A stretch of DNA of 62,988 bases, filler included, from Octopus bimaculoides (GCF_001194135.2; 6 parts of 6 records of this genome joined end to end with filler, not necessarily neighbours in it); one strand, 5' to 3'; shown: positions 27,376-39,293, counted from the first letter of the whole stretch. The notes: generated by a model not told the origin, from the letters alone. Made by a program: numbers and translations.

Positions 27376-27699
27376 CTATAATAACAATAAGATGAACAGG
27401 TGTTAAGAGCTGAATATTTAATTGTAGAAGGAAACAATAACAAGAGAAAAATGGTGTAGCATTTATTTTATTTTTTATTGTACACAACATACAACATGAA
27501 TTATAAATGAGATGCTATTTACATCATCATCATCATTTATTGTCTGTTTTTCATGCTGGCATGGATTGGGCAGTTTGACCAGAGCTGGTAAGGCTGGGGT
27601 CCACACCAGATTCCGTTATCTGTTCTGGTGTGGTTTCTATAGCTGTGTGTCCTTCTTAATGTCAACTATTCGACAGAGTGCACTGGATGCTTTTAACAT

Positions 27700-28022
27700 G
27701 GTACTAGCACCAGTCCTTTTTTTATGTGACACCAGCACCAGTGATTTTATGTGACACCAGCACCAGTGATTTTATGTGGCACCAGCACCAGTGCTTTTTA
27801 CATGGCACCAGCACCAGTGCATTTTATGTAGCACCAGCACCAGCGATTTTTATGCGGCACCAACACCAGTGATATTTATTCGACACCAGCACCATTGTAT
27901 TTTATGTGGCACCAGCACCAGTGCATTTTATGCGGCACCAACATCAGTGTTATTTATGTGATACCATCACCAGTGCCTTTTATGTGGCACCAGCACCGGC
28001 GCATTTTATGTGACACCAGCAC
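27700..28022. repeat. Degenerate ~25-bp tandem array (TTTATGTGRCACCAGCACCAGTGMT) inside a SINE-like element
   Basis: About a dozen diverged units with 25-nt periodicity. Confidence 0.85.
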
Positions 28023-28735
28023 CTAAGACCTCCAAGATTGGTGGGAGGGAGAAAGGAAGATATCCTCAAACTAGAAACCGTTTACAAGAGTCAACTACTC
28101 TAAAGATACATAAGGTGTCAGGTTTTGATGTTAAGAGGATTAGAACACAGACTGTGAAGAGCCAGAATGAATGACACAAGGTGTCCAGTCTGACCTGGGG
28201 TTTGTACAATTTTTTTCATTGGCTCTGAAAGGAAGAAAGGTAACTTTGATCTTTGTGGGATTTGAACACCGAATACAAGGAGTCAGAAGAAATGCCATGA
28301 GCCGTTCTGTCTAATGCTCTAATTTTGGGGTGAGTATTTGTGTGTGTGTGAGAGTCTCCATGTATATGTGTGTATGTGTGTGTGTCCATATGAGTGATTG
28401 TGCTGGTATGTGTGTGTGTATGTCTGTGTGTGTATGTGTGTTTGTGTGTGTGTGTATATGTATGTGTCCGTGTGTATGTATGTATGTGTATGCGTCTGTG
28501 TGTGTATTTAGGTATATGTGTGTGTCCATGTGTGTGTGTGTGTGTTTCAGTATATGTGTGTGTGTGTGTATGTGTGTGTGTGTATGTATGTATGTATATG
28601 TGTGTGTGATAGATTCATCACAATCCCAACACAAATGCAGCATGCATGAATTCACAAGTGATGACAAAAAGCATTTGACAGTACAATGAACAGAGTGATG
28701 ATGATGATGACAAATGTGAAGAGAACACTACTTAC

Positions 28736-28900
28736 TGTTGCAATTGCTCTTTGAAATGGCCCCTACATCTGGAGTGTCCTGTCCCAATGGGCAAGGTTCA
28801 CAATAAGTTTGACCAACTTTGTCTTGATAAAATCCTTTCTGGCATTCCATACATTTCTCAGTGGTCCTGTTGTAAGATTTACCCACTGGACATGATGGCA
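28736..28900 (-). CDS. Exon, ephrin-receptor-like repeat 2 (PSCPVGKSY...CQKGFYQDKVGQTYCEPCPLG...CN)
   Basis: ctatttgcag / gtaagt, 165 nt, phase 1 to 1. Confidence 0.95.
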
Positions 28901-29982
28901 CTGCAAATAGAACAAATAATGTATAAATACACTGGAATAGAATAGCAATGAATAGGTGGTACATGGACATTGAAAGACTTTGATACTTAATAATTCATAA
29001 TATCAAAATGCTAGTGACAGATTCCTGTGGTGTAAAAAAATTGACATCATGTAGAAAGGTGAGAGTAAAAGTATGTGTGTGATAGAGACAGTGAGAGGGA
29101 GAGTTAGGGAGAGAGAGAGGTGCAAATGAACAATAGTGGCATGTACACAAATATGCACAGTCACACACATACAGATGCTGTTGGACATAGACAAGTTAGC
29201 TGTGCATGTATGTGCACCTGGGATAATAGGAGGATCTGTGTATTTTTGAGGATGTGTATGTATATGTGTGCACATGCCAATACCATTTGTTTGAATTTCA
29301 CTCCCACTTTCACTATTTATCGAGTGATTTAACACACACATCTTAGGGCAAGTCTTGATTGAACATCTATCTATCCATTTTATTATCTTCTAGAATACTA
29401 AAGTGTCAATGATAGATTCCTGTGGTGTAAAAGAATTTTGCTGCACTGTGAAAAAGGGGATGGTAAATGTGTGTGCACAATAGAAATAGAGAGAGAGAGA
29501 GAGAAAGAGAGAGTGCTGTCATAATTTGTATGCATGTGTATGTGCCAGTTGCATTGTTTGACCTTAGCGCTGTGCAGTAGGACTACACGTTGCTATCAAA
29601 TTCACTCACAAAACTATGGCCAGCCCCGAGCCAATCATTGTTTCATGAGTGAATTTCATAGTTGGAAACTGAAAGAAGCCTGTGTATGTTTATGTGTGTA
29701 TATATGTACGTGTTTGTACTTATTCTTCCACCTCTTGGAAACGGGTGTTGGCTTGTTTGTATCTCTATGACTTAGCAAAAGACATTTATAGAATAAGTAA
29801 TAGACTTAAAGTAAGTACTGGGGTCGACTTGATCACCTAAACCCTTGGAGGTGATGCCCCAACATGGCCACAGTCAAGTGATTGAAACAAGTAAAAAGCA
29901 AAAGGTAAATGACATTATTTCTTTTACCTTTAAAAAAAATTATTTTCTATCTGATAAGGATATTGTTGAGTTTGAAACTTAC

Positions 29983-30144
29983 CTGAACAATGTTTTAGTA
30001 ATTGAGATCCTTTTGCCATTGTTGTGTTACCACTGGGGCAACTTTTACATGAAGTCTGTTGATTTTCATCTTGATAGGAGCCCAATGAACACAAGTGACA
30101 AGCTTTGGTGCTTGTGTCATAGAACATACCAGGAGTGCAGGCAA
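29983..30144 (-). CDS. Exon, ephrin-receptor-like (GCC2/GCC3) repeat 1 (ACTPGMFY...CSLGSYQDENQQTSCKSCPSGNTT...CS)
   Basis: ttttaaatag / gtaagt, 162 nt, phase 1 to 1; CxxGxYQ...CxxCP motif. Confidence 0.95.
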
Positions 30145-30350
30145 CTATTTAAAAAAAATGCAAAGCAAAATTTATTTAATATATATACATATAAAGAGAG
30201 TGTTGAAAATTAGTCATACACTTCTAAAAATATTTGATAAACTTCTTTGTGCTGTACTCATTTCCCTTACTACAGCTAAATATCGTAATTATTAAATTAG
30301 ATTAAACTAAATTCAAAATACAGATGAAAGAATATGAGAAACTTGCTTAA

Positions 30351-30570
30351 CCCTTTAGCGTTCAGATTACTTCGTCAAATGTAATGCTTATTTTTTCACA
30401 CAGTTTTGAATTAATAATGTGTTACCTTGTAGCTGTGAGATTTTGGTGATGTAATTGTATATTTTAAGAATGACCTCATAGGGTAGGTGTGAGAGATGAG
30501 ATTTGGCTGGTTTGAGCATAAAACAGGTAGAATATTTGAACCAGATATGGCCGGTTTAAATGCTAAAGGG
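30351..30570. mobile_element. 220-bp piggyBac-type MITE
   Basis: TTAA on both sides (30347-50, 30571-74); termini CCCTTTAGC ... GCTAAAGGG. Confidence 0.85.
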
Positions 30571-31228
30571 TTAAGGTATAACCAGAAGAGAGGAAGAAGT
30601 TTAATGGCAGATAATAAATAATTACACCATCTTACATGTGTTTCAATGAAGGTTATGTCCAAATTATACAATCTGGGTCAAAGAACTAGAAGCATTACTG
30701 CTTTGAATTGTAAAATATGGCCATGTGTAAGTAGGCATAAGTTGATAAATTATGAACTGACTCTACAATTTTGTTTTTTTTTCTACATGTACGGTGTGGT
30801 CTTTCTAACTATGAAGACCAGTGAAAAAAAACTTAGATTGTTGTGTATGGGTTTTCTTTGCAGCTTTCTCTTTCAATATATAAAGAAACACATAGAGTTG
30901 GAGATACTGGTTACAGCAATTTAAATCATGTTATACAATTGTATATNNNNNNNNNNNNNNNNNNNNNNNNNNNNNNNNNNNNNNNNNNNNNNNNNNNNNN
31001 NNNNNNNNNNNNNNNNNNNNNNNNNNNNNNNNNNNNNNNNNNNNNNNNNNNNNNNNNNNNNNNNNNNNNNNNNNNNNNNNNNNNNNNNNNNNNNNNNNNN
31101 NNNNNNNNNNNATTAATAACATCATTAAAGTAGTTGTATGCTGTCAACTAATGTGACAGTCCCCTGAAGGGAATAATACTACTGTTGGTTAGACCTAGAA
31201 AGCTGCACTGCTTTCTTTTGGCCTTGAG

Positions 31229-31434
31229 ACATTTCCTGTGTCCTTATGTTTACAAGGGGGAGACAAGCACCTCCACCCAGCTAAGCCTGCATCCAGAGAC
31301 ATGTTTCTGAGTCTTTGCTGGTCATCAGTCTTTGCTCGTCATCACCAAAGACTCAGAAACATGTCTGTGGATGCAGGCTTAGCTGGGTGGAGGTGCTTGT
31401 CTCCCCCTTGTAAACATAAGGACACAGGAAATGT
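31229..31434. repeat. Long inverted repeat, 89-bp arms with one mismatch and a 28-nt spacer
   Basis: 31229-31317 is the reverse complement of 31346-31434 except at one base. Confidence 0.95.
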
Positions 31435-31511
31435 ACACACACACACACACACACTGTATATAAAGGGAGAGAAAAAGAAAGAGAGAGAAAGAGAGGAAGT
31501 GAGATACTTAC

Positions 31512-31572
31512 TACATGTATCTTCAACAAGTTCAGAGCCCATTTTACAATACTTCTTGGTGTCAACGTTGAC
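31512..31572 (-). CDS. Short exon (VNVDTKKYCKMGSELVEDTC)
   Basis: cttctttacaag / gtaagt, 61 nt, phase 0 to 1; CxxG...C lead-in to the GCC repeats. Confidence 0.85.
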
Positions 31573-31683
31573 CTTGTAAAGAAGAAGGGAAAAGAGGTTA
31601 GATGCTTATATATAGAAAAAAGGGGGAGAGAATAGCATGCAAATGCTTATATTTTCAAATTTTCGATATAAATACCTACATAC

Positions 31684-31774
31684 CTTTTTATCCAGGGCTA
31701 ACATTTTTAGCATAAATTTTAAGATTTGTTCTGTGGTCTCTACATTGCCAAAAGTAGCATGCTTCAGTTTGGCC
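31684..31774 (-). CDS. Exon (AKLKHATFGNVETTEQILKFMLKMLALDKK)
   Basis: ttttcccag / gtatgt, 91 nt, phase 2 to 0; bridges the phases of both neighbours. Confidence 0.82.
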
Positions 31775-31884
31775 CTGGGAAAATAAAGCAATAGATGAAA
31801 ATATCATATATTTGTGGATCATATGACTTGTGGCTTTTTTCTTTTGTATTGATTAAATATTCATGAGACAAAGTACAGCTGCCA

Positions 31885-32487
31885 TGTAGACCAACCTAGA
31901 CTGAGTAGAGGACTGTAGACCAGCCTAGACTGAGTAGAGGACTGTAGACCAGCCTAGACTGAGTAGAGGACTGTAGACCAGCCTAGACTGAGTAGAGGAC
32001 TGTAGACCAGCCTAGACTGAGTAGAGNNNNNNNNNNNNNNNNNNNNNNNNNNNNNNNNNNNNNNNNNNNNNNNNNNNNNNNNNNNNNNNNNNNNNNNNNN
32101 NNNNNNNNNNNNNNNNNNNNNNNNNNNNNNNNNNNNNNNNNNNNNNNNNNNNNNNNNNNNNNNNNNNNNNNNNNNNNNNNNNNNNNNNNNNNNNNNNNNN
32201 NNNNNNNNNNNNNNNNNNNNNNNNNNNNNNNNNNNNNNNNNNNNNNNNNNNNNNNNNNNNNNNNNNNNNNNNNNNNNNNNNNNNNNNNNNNNNNNNNNNN
32301 NNNNNNNNNNNNNNNNNNNNNNNNNNNNNNNNNNNNNCTAGACTGAGTAGAGGACTGTAGACCAGCCTAGACTGAGTAGAGGACTGTAGACCAGCCTAGA
32401 CTGAGTAGAGGACTGTAGACCAGCCTAGACTGAGTAGAGGACTGTAGACCAGCCTAGACTGAGTAGAGGACTGTAGACCAGCCTAGA
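31885..32487. repeat. 29-bp minisatellite (TGTAGACCAGCCTAGACTGAGTAGAGGAC)n with internal gap
   Basis: Identical head-to-tail units on both sides of N-run 32027-32337. Confidence 0.95.
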
Positions 32488-32619
32488 TTGTAGATCAAGC
32501 ACACTATGTGACTGATATTATTTATTAATCCTGGTTGGGCTTTTATGTAAATAGACGTAACTATCATCATCATCATCATCAACAACATCCTCATTTGACA
32601 GCCACTTTTCAATGCTTGC

Positions 32620-32960
32620 ATGGGTCATTAGTAAACCCTCTGGATGAAGTTGTTCCTACCATTGCATGTAAAAACTGGATCTTATAAAACAGTTTTCAAA
32701 GCATCTGATAAGGTGTCTGCAGTCTTTACCTTGAAAACTTCTTTCTTCATCTACCTGAAGTAATAGTCAAAACAGACATCTCTGTTGAACCTCTGGTAAA
32801 GAAGATTCCGGTGCACACAGAATCTCCCAAGTTGTTTAGTAAGAAGGAAAAAGCAGCTTGGAACAAGTTTGTGGCAGTGACTCAGTGCCCTGAGTAATCA
32901 TAAGGTAGAAAAGAAAGATGAACTGGTTGAGATTCTGGTGAAGAACTATACCTAAATGAG
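32620..32960 (+). mobile_element. DNA transposase remnant, probably Chapaev3/CMC type
   Basis: ESPKLFSKKEKAAWNKFVAV...ELVEILVKNY resembles the region before the LKxH motif of these transposases; superfamily is recalled, not searched. Confidence 0.55.
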
Positions 32961-33447
32961 CTACAGGATTCTGATCTGGTTTGGCAAGGTTTCTTATGGT
33001 TGGATGCCCTTCCTAATGCCAACCACTCTGAGAATGTTGTGGGTGTTCTTTACATGCCACTGGCACGAGTGCCATTGACCTGATACCAGCATCAGTTATA
33101 ACTACAGTCTCATTTGGCTTGACAGGTTTCACATGCACAGTATATCACCATAGGTCTTGGTTACCTGTCACTGCCCCCATGAGGCCCAACATTTGAATGG
33201 TGCTTTTTATGTGTCACAACAAATAATGATAATAATATGGATCAGCAGTTTTTTTTTGTGGAGCAGGAAGTTGATTACATAGACTCTAATGCCCAACTGT
33301 TACTTATTTTATCAATCCTGAAAGGATGAAAGGCAAAGTTGACCTCGACAAAATTTGAATGAAAAGCATTTTGCTTAATATGGTAATAGCTCTGACAGCT
33401 CAATACCTTAACAATAACAAAAAATATAATCGTAATAATTGACTTAC

Positions 33448-33688
33448 TTAACATTGTTCACTGTGACGACAACGTTTGCTGTTTTGCCATCATTTTGACA
33501 CTCAATAACGATATTCATGTTTGAACAATTATCTCTCTGTTCTAGACAAAGTCCAGGCCATCTATTATCTACATTCTTTGCCAGCTGTATAATGTCTGAT
33601 TCTAAATCTGTTTTTGAACTGCTGTCGCATCCTGAATCAGACACATTTTGGAAATTGGCAGTGACGTTTACCAGGGCATCGGTTCTTT
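33448..33688 (-). CDS. Exon, linker or SEA-like domain (RTDALVNVTANFQNVSDSGC...WPGLC...NVVVTVNNV)
   Basis: ccttttccag / gtaagt, 241 nt, phase 1 to 2. Confidence 0.88.
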
Positions 33689-33770
33689 CTGGAAAAGGCA
33701 AAAAAACAAAATACTGTTTATAAATACATGTGTATTTTGACATAGTGGGAGATGTGAAAGGTATAGTATA

Positions 33771-34151
33771 GTTGGCACTCCGTCGCTTACGACGTCGAGG
33801 GTTCCAGTTGATCGGATCAACGGAACAGCTTGCTCGTGAAATTAACGTGCAAGTGGCTGAGCACTCCACAGACACGTGTACCCTTAAAGTAGTTCTCGGG
33901 GATATTCAGCGTGACACAGAGTGTGACAAGGCTGACTCTTTGAAATACAGGCATAAGAAACAGGAAGTAAGAGTGAGAGAAAGTTGTGGTGAAAGAGTAC
34001 AGCAGGGTTCGTCACCATTCCCTGTCGGAGTCTCGTGGAGCTTTAGGTGTTTTCGCTCAATAAACACTCACAACACCCGGTCTGGGAATCGAAACCGCGA
34101 TCCTATGACCGCGAGTCCGCTGCCCTAACCACTGGGCCATTGCGCCTCCAC
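33771..34151 (-). mobile_element. Young full-length tRNA-derived SINE
   Basis: Head GTGGAGGCGCAATGGCCCAGTGG (A box) ... GGTTTCGATTCCC (B box); CpGs intact; near-identical copy at 44130-44432. Confidence 0.9.
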
Positions 34152-34279
34152 AATGCGAGAGGTAAAACATAAGGAAAGAGAGAAAGATTGTGAATAGTCT
34201 GAGAGGGAGAGAGAAGAAGAGCTGGATGCTGATTAAAACGATGAGGATAAAGACAGAAAGAAGTAGAAGCATTACTTAC

Positions 34280-34450
34280 GTCCACAAGATGGGAATATAT
34301 GTTTCACAAAGGGGTTCTTCCAGTCGTAGGTACCAAGTTTACCACAAACCATGCTGTCTTGAGGAAACGAAAGGCTTGAATTGCAAGGAGGCAAACAACT
34401 TTGCGTCTGATTGGAACAGTCCAACTGAGGTGGATATTCACAGAATCCGT
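34280..34450 (-). CDS. Exon, divergent sushi/CCP-like module (YGFCEYPPQLDCSNQTQSCLPPCN...VCGKLGTYDWKNPFVKHIFPSCG)
   Basis: ctaatttcag / gtaagt, 171 nt, phase 1 to 1. Confidence 0.9.
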
Positions 34451-34512
34451 CTGAAATTAGCAGAAATTAGAAACATCAAGGTCAGAAATTCAGGAAAAGG
34501 TAAGATAAAACT

Positions 34513-34584
<72 letters not shown>

Positions 34585-35138
34585 NNNNNNNNNNNNNNNN
34601 NNNNNNNNNNNNNNNNNNNNNNNNNNNNNNNNNNNNNNNNNNNNNNNNNNNNNNNNNNNNNNNNNNNNNNNNNNNNNNNNNNNNNNNNNNNNNNNNNNNN
34701 NNNNNNNNNNNNNNNNNNNNNNNNNNNNNNNNNNNNNNNNNNNNNNNNNNNNNNNNNNNNNNNNNNNNNNNNNNNNNNNNNNNNNNNNNNNNNNNNNNNN
34801 NNNNNNNNNNNNNNNNNNNNNNNNNNNNNNNNNNNNNNNNNNNNNNNNNNNNNNNNNNNNNNNNNNNNNNNNNNNNNNNNNNNNNNNNNNNNNNNNNNNN
34901 NNNNNNNNNNNNNNNNNNNNNNNNNNNNNNNNNNNNNNNNNNNNNNNNNNNNNNNNNNNNNNNNNNNNNNNNNNNNNNNNNNNNNNNNNNNNNNNNNNNN
35001 NNNNNNNNNNNNNNNNNNNNNNNNNNNNNNNNNNNNNNNNNNNNNNNNNNNNNNNNNNNNNNNNNNNNNNNNNNNNNNNNNNNNNNNNNNNNNNNNNNNN
35101 NNNNNNNNNNNNNNNNNNNNNNNNNNNNNNNNNNNNNN

Positions 35139-35182
<44 letters not shown>

Positions 35183-35589
35183 ACATAAATAATATATAAA
35201 TATATGTATATATCCATACATAAATGTACATACCTACATGTATATGTATACATACATGCATATATGATTACAGAACATCACAAAAAATGTTAAACGAAAC
35301 AAAGACGAAGACAGAAAACGAACTTTTTTTCCAACAACAAAAAAACAAACAGAGAAACGAGACATGCAACATACAGAATATTTCCCTTCTTCAGTTGTCC
35401 ATGTTCCATCTACTCCGCGTTATGCACGCACATACACACATACATACACTAGTGGTGTTTCTGTTATTCCTCAAGACAAGACAAAGATATATAAAGAAAA
35501 GGCTGAGGTGTAATCTCTCAAATAACTATGTTCACGAGAAAGAAAAAAAGCAACAAAAAAAAAAGGAATAACAAAGGTAGATAACTCAC

Positions 35590-35685
35590 ATTGGACATAC
35601 AGTTTTGAGCGACAGGTATCATAATTGCCTTCAGTGTCTTTAAGTACGTAGATTAAAGGATACACACCCCATGTGTATGTAGCAT
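35590..35685 (-). CDS. Exon, second half of HYR domain (DATYTWGVYPLIYVLKDTEGNYDTCRSKLYVQ)
   Basis: ttattttcag / gtgagt, 96 nt, phase 1 to 1; resembles HYR end (G...Y...DxxGN...C...V). Confidence 0.9.
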
Positions 35686-36150
35686 CTGAAAATAAAACAG
35701 TCATAGTTTAGTAAAGGTTATCATGACATATAGGTTACCATGGTCTTTTCCGTAGGCTTTTCTTTCCACAGATAAACCTAATCATACTTTTTACACTTAT
35801 AAAATTCTTCTGTGATATACAATCCTTTTTGATCATTTTTTTCTTCCTGATCCCTTTTGATCGGAATTTTGTTTTCCTTCTTATTTTTTCCCCTCTTTTT
35901 TTCACATTGTTCTACATTTGTATTTGTCCCCTCTGCGTTCAGCCCTGTGTGGCCAATAAAGAAAGTTATCATGACATATAGCTATATATATAACTATGTA
36001 AACAAGGGTTCTTATTCCTAACGCCCATGGAATAATATTATTGCTCCCTTTATATCTCTATGTAAACAAGCGTTCTAACGGTCACTTGGCCATGTACCAT
36101 CTTAGCTCGTAAGTTACCTCTTCATTTCGTATTTGTCTTGCTTTTATATG

Positions 36151-36245
36151 TTGATTCCCTGAAGATGAATATATGTGGAATTCCAGCAGCTCTTACTTCT
36201 TTGAAGGAGAGCCCACATATATTTCGAAACATGTGTAGGAATTAA
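36151..36245 (+). ncRNA. Type-I hammerhead ribozyme motif, probably from a Penelope-like element end
   Basis: TTGATTCC-CTGAAGA-(stem II AATATATGTGG/CCACATATATT)-CGAAAC-ATGT-GTA-GGAATTAA: both core boxes, three stems and a GUA site. Confidence 0.75.
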
Positions 36246-36469
36246 AGGAACTTTTATTTATATGCGTTTTGCTCCATATATATATATATACATATATATN
36301 NNNNNNNNNNNNNNNNNNNNNNNNNNNNNNNNNNNNNNNNNNNNNNNNNNNNNNNNNNNNNNNNNNNNNNNNNNNNNNNNNNNNNNNNNNNNNNNNNNNN
36401 NNNNNNNNNNNNNNNNNNNNNNNNNNNNNNNNNNNNNNATATATATATATATATATAATTTATATATAT

Positions 36470-36800
36470 ATACCATGTTTTAATGTGTATAAGGAGGCCT
36501 TTTTAGTATAAAAATTAGGTTAAAGAAATATGAGTTTCTTATACATGGATAGTACTATGATCCCTTACAAAACCTTTTTTTCAAAATTTTAAGTTCCCAA
36601 AATTAAGGGGTTCTTTATACACGAGGGTTTCTTGTACACTTTGAAAAACAGTATATACCGTTTTTTAACGTGTATAAGGAACATTTTGGTTAAAAAGTAG
36701 GTTAAAAAATATGGGAGTTTTGGATAGTATTGTAGATATTAATAAATTACTTAATTCCTTGAACCTCAAATCTCAAAATTAGGGGGTTCCTTATACATGA
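36470..36800. mobile_element. pogo/Tigger-like MITE remnants (two tandem pieces)
   Basis: ccgttttttaacgtgtataag and cttatacacg / cttatacatg inverted motifs. Confidence 0.45.
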
Positions 36801-37090
36801 GGAACCACAACACCACCACAACCACTACCACCACCATCTACACCATTACCACTACCACAACCACCACCACCATCACCATCATCATCACCATCATCATTGT
36901 CACCTCCACCATCATCATCACTGTCGCTGCCACTACCACTACAACCACTACTACCCCCACCACCACCACTACCACAACACCACTGCCCCCCACCATCATT
37001 ACCATCATCATCATCATCACCACTACCTGCACCATCAACACCAATACCAGTGCAGCTTCCACCACCACAACTACTACCACCACCACTACC
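36800..37090. repeat. Degenerate (CAC/CAT/ACT)n tract
   Basis: Direct reading; intronic. Confidence 0.9.
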
Positions 37091-37167
37091 CATCCTCTCT
37101 TACAAACATCAATGTTCACAGGAGACATCAATAATTGATTTATAGGTCATTGAAATTAGATCCTTAC

Positions 37168-37250
37168 CTTCGTTAAGAGAGGAAGTAATGTTCCCCTCAC
37201 CTGTTGGTTTCGGTAGAGGTATACCTTCTACTAAACGCTCCTTACTGACA
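37168..37250 (-). CDS. Exon, first half of HYR domain, 5' part lost in gap 37251-37366 (VSKERLVEGIPLPKPTGEGNITSSLNE)
   Basis: Open frame emerging from N-run and ending GAAG|gtaagg in phase 1, matching the next exon. Confidence 0.75.
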
Positions 37251-37399
37251 NNNNNNNNNNNNNNNNNNNNNNNNNNNNNNNNNNNNNNNNNNNNNNNNNN
37301 NNNNNNNNNNNNNNNNNNNNNNNNNNNNNNNNNNNNNNNNNNNNNNNNNNNNNNNNNNNNNNNNNNCCCCCACCCCCACCCAGTCCTCAACTGGTACTT

Positions 37400-37848
37400 A
37401 TTTTAGAAAATTACTATTTTTAAATCTCACAACGTAAGATATTCAGCAACAGTACTTTGTAGTAAAGATTGTTTGCCAACATAACATGGCAGTCCTGGTT
37501 TAGGACTAATGTTGCTGTAATTTAGCCCCAGGATATCTCCTGGGGCTAAATTACAACAACATTAGACGATGTCACTTTGAAAACTGTATATTTCGAATGG
37601 GAATTTGGCAGTGCCACCTCTAGCCGAACAATTATTCTGTGCTGATGAAGGAAAATTAACCCAGGAATCACGATACACAGATATTGTTTTGAGCTGAGTG
37701 GGGGTGCTAGATTCCCTTGTTTGAAAATATAAGGACATAGATCATGTCATATAGCCAGTTGGAGACGATGTCTCCTGGGGCTAAATTACAGCAACATCCG
37801 TCCTAAACCAGGACTGCCATGTTATGTTGGCAAACAATCTTTACTACA
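37400..37848. mobile_element. Foldback/MITE with long terminal inverted repeats
   Basis: tgtagtaaagattgtttgccaacataacatggcagtcctgg... is mirrored at 37800-37848. Confidence 0.8.
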
Positions 37849-38456
37849 TGGTACTTATTTTATCAACCCCAAAATGATGAAAAGTAAAGTCAACCTCATT
37901 TTTCACCTGTGGACCCCTTTGATTCCTGTTTTATTCAGGTAGACCCTCATAACCATTTCATGTTTTAAAAAACCTCATTACATTTGTGTAATCTAATATT
38001 GGTTTCAAATTCTGGCACAAGGTCATCAATTTTGTGGGAGGAGTAAGTCGATTACATCAACCCCAGTGCTCAACTGGTACATATTTTATCAACCCTAAAA
38101 GGATGAAAGGCAAAGTTGACCCTGGCAGAATCTGAACACAGAACATAAAGACAGACGAAATGCTTAGTGGCATTTTGACCTGCCAGCTAACAATTCTGCA
38201 AGCTTGCTGCATTGTGTAGAATTCAATATTGTAAGTAAATGTTATAAAAATTTGCGAAAATATTTTGTGCATTGTAGAAGTATAACCATTTTATTGCACA
38301 CAAATTTTTAAAATAATATTTTATGTTGACCTCCAAGGGTCATATGGACCACTGATCTAACACATGCTAGCATTAAAAAACTTAAGTAAAAAGAAGCTAA
38401 TATACAAACACACACACATATGCATGCACCTATATAGCACATATATTCAAACCTAC

Positions 38457-38689
38457 CTGGTATGGATGAGCAGCTGTTATCGTAAAATCCATAATTACAG
38501 ATTGTTTCCTTGAAGTAGCTGGGAGACAGTTGTATTATGCCTTTTCCAAGGATTAAATCAGTCCATCCCTGAGCTACTGTACCAAGAGCTCCCATCTTGC
38601 TGAGTTGCAGTGGATTGGGTGATATACCATTCCATATTTTGAAACTGTTGATGAGCCCAGAGAAGCCTTTGCCAAGGGACACAACAAGG
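38457..38689 (-). CDS. Exon, end of LamG/pentraxin plus short Cys segment (LVVSLGKGFSGLINSFKIWN...CNYGFYDNSCSSIP)
   Basis: ctttacag / gtaggt, 233 nt, phase 2 to 1; FSGxIxxFxIWN motif. Confidence 0.92.
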
Positions 38690-38738
38690 CTGTAAAGATA
38701 GATAGATAAATAGATAGATAAATAGACAGACAGACAGA

Positions 38739-38795
<57 letters not shown>

Positions 38796-39071
38796 CTGAT
38801 GGATATTAAAAACATTAAGAACCACTGAGCTATGTAGTTGTTCACCCTGCAAGAAATAGCAGCTAAATCTACTCTCTTGTCATGCACTACTGTCTTAAAT
38901 AAAGTGTGTAATGGACAGTGAAGCACTTGATATACGAAAAAGAAGGGGAGGTCATGGCTGGAATGTCTCTGACCATGTCTGCTTGATTAGGACTGACTTG
39001 AAGAGTAAATACTACTATCACCACCACCACAACAACAACAGCAACAAAAGCTAAAAAACAAAATAATTTAC

Positions 39072-39293
39072 CTGACATCTGTAGTTGGCCTCTGTTTGAT
39101 GGTTAAAGTTGCTTGGGTGGTGCCATCCACACTTAGCACTAGCTGGTCCCCTGATTGGCCCCATAATACTATCACCTTGTGCCACACACCAAATGTAATA
39201 GCATTATTGTATGGTTTAGTTGTTTCCACTGTACCTTCTTTCACTAAGACGCGGTCTTTGAAAATGGTCAGTTGATTCTTTAATTCGTTCTTC
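39072..39293 (-). CDS. Exon, LamG/pentraxin core (...GVWHKVIVLWGQSGDQLVLSVDG...)
   Basis: cttttctcag / gtaaat, 222 nt, phase 2 to 2; WHxVxxxW...LxVDG motif. Confidence 0.93.

Noticed and set aside
31885-32487. 29-bp repeat as a CRISPR array
   Set aside because: No spacers, no cas genes, eukaryotic context
33771-34151. tRNA gene
   Set aside because: A/B boxes belong to a SINE head; no complete cloverleaf and the body is multi-copy
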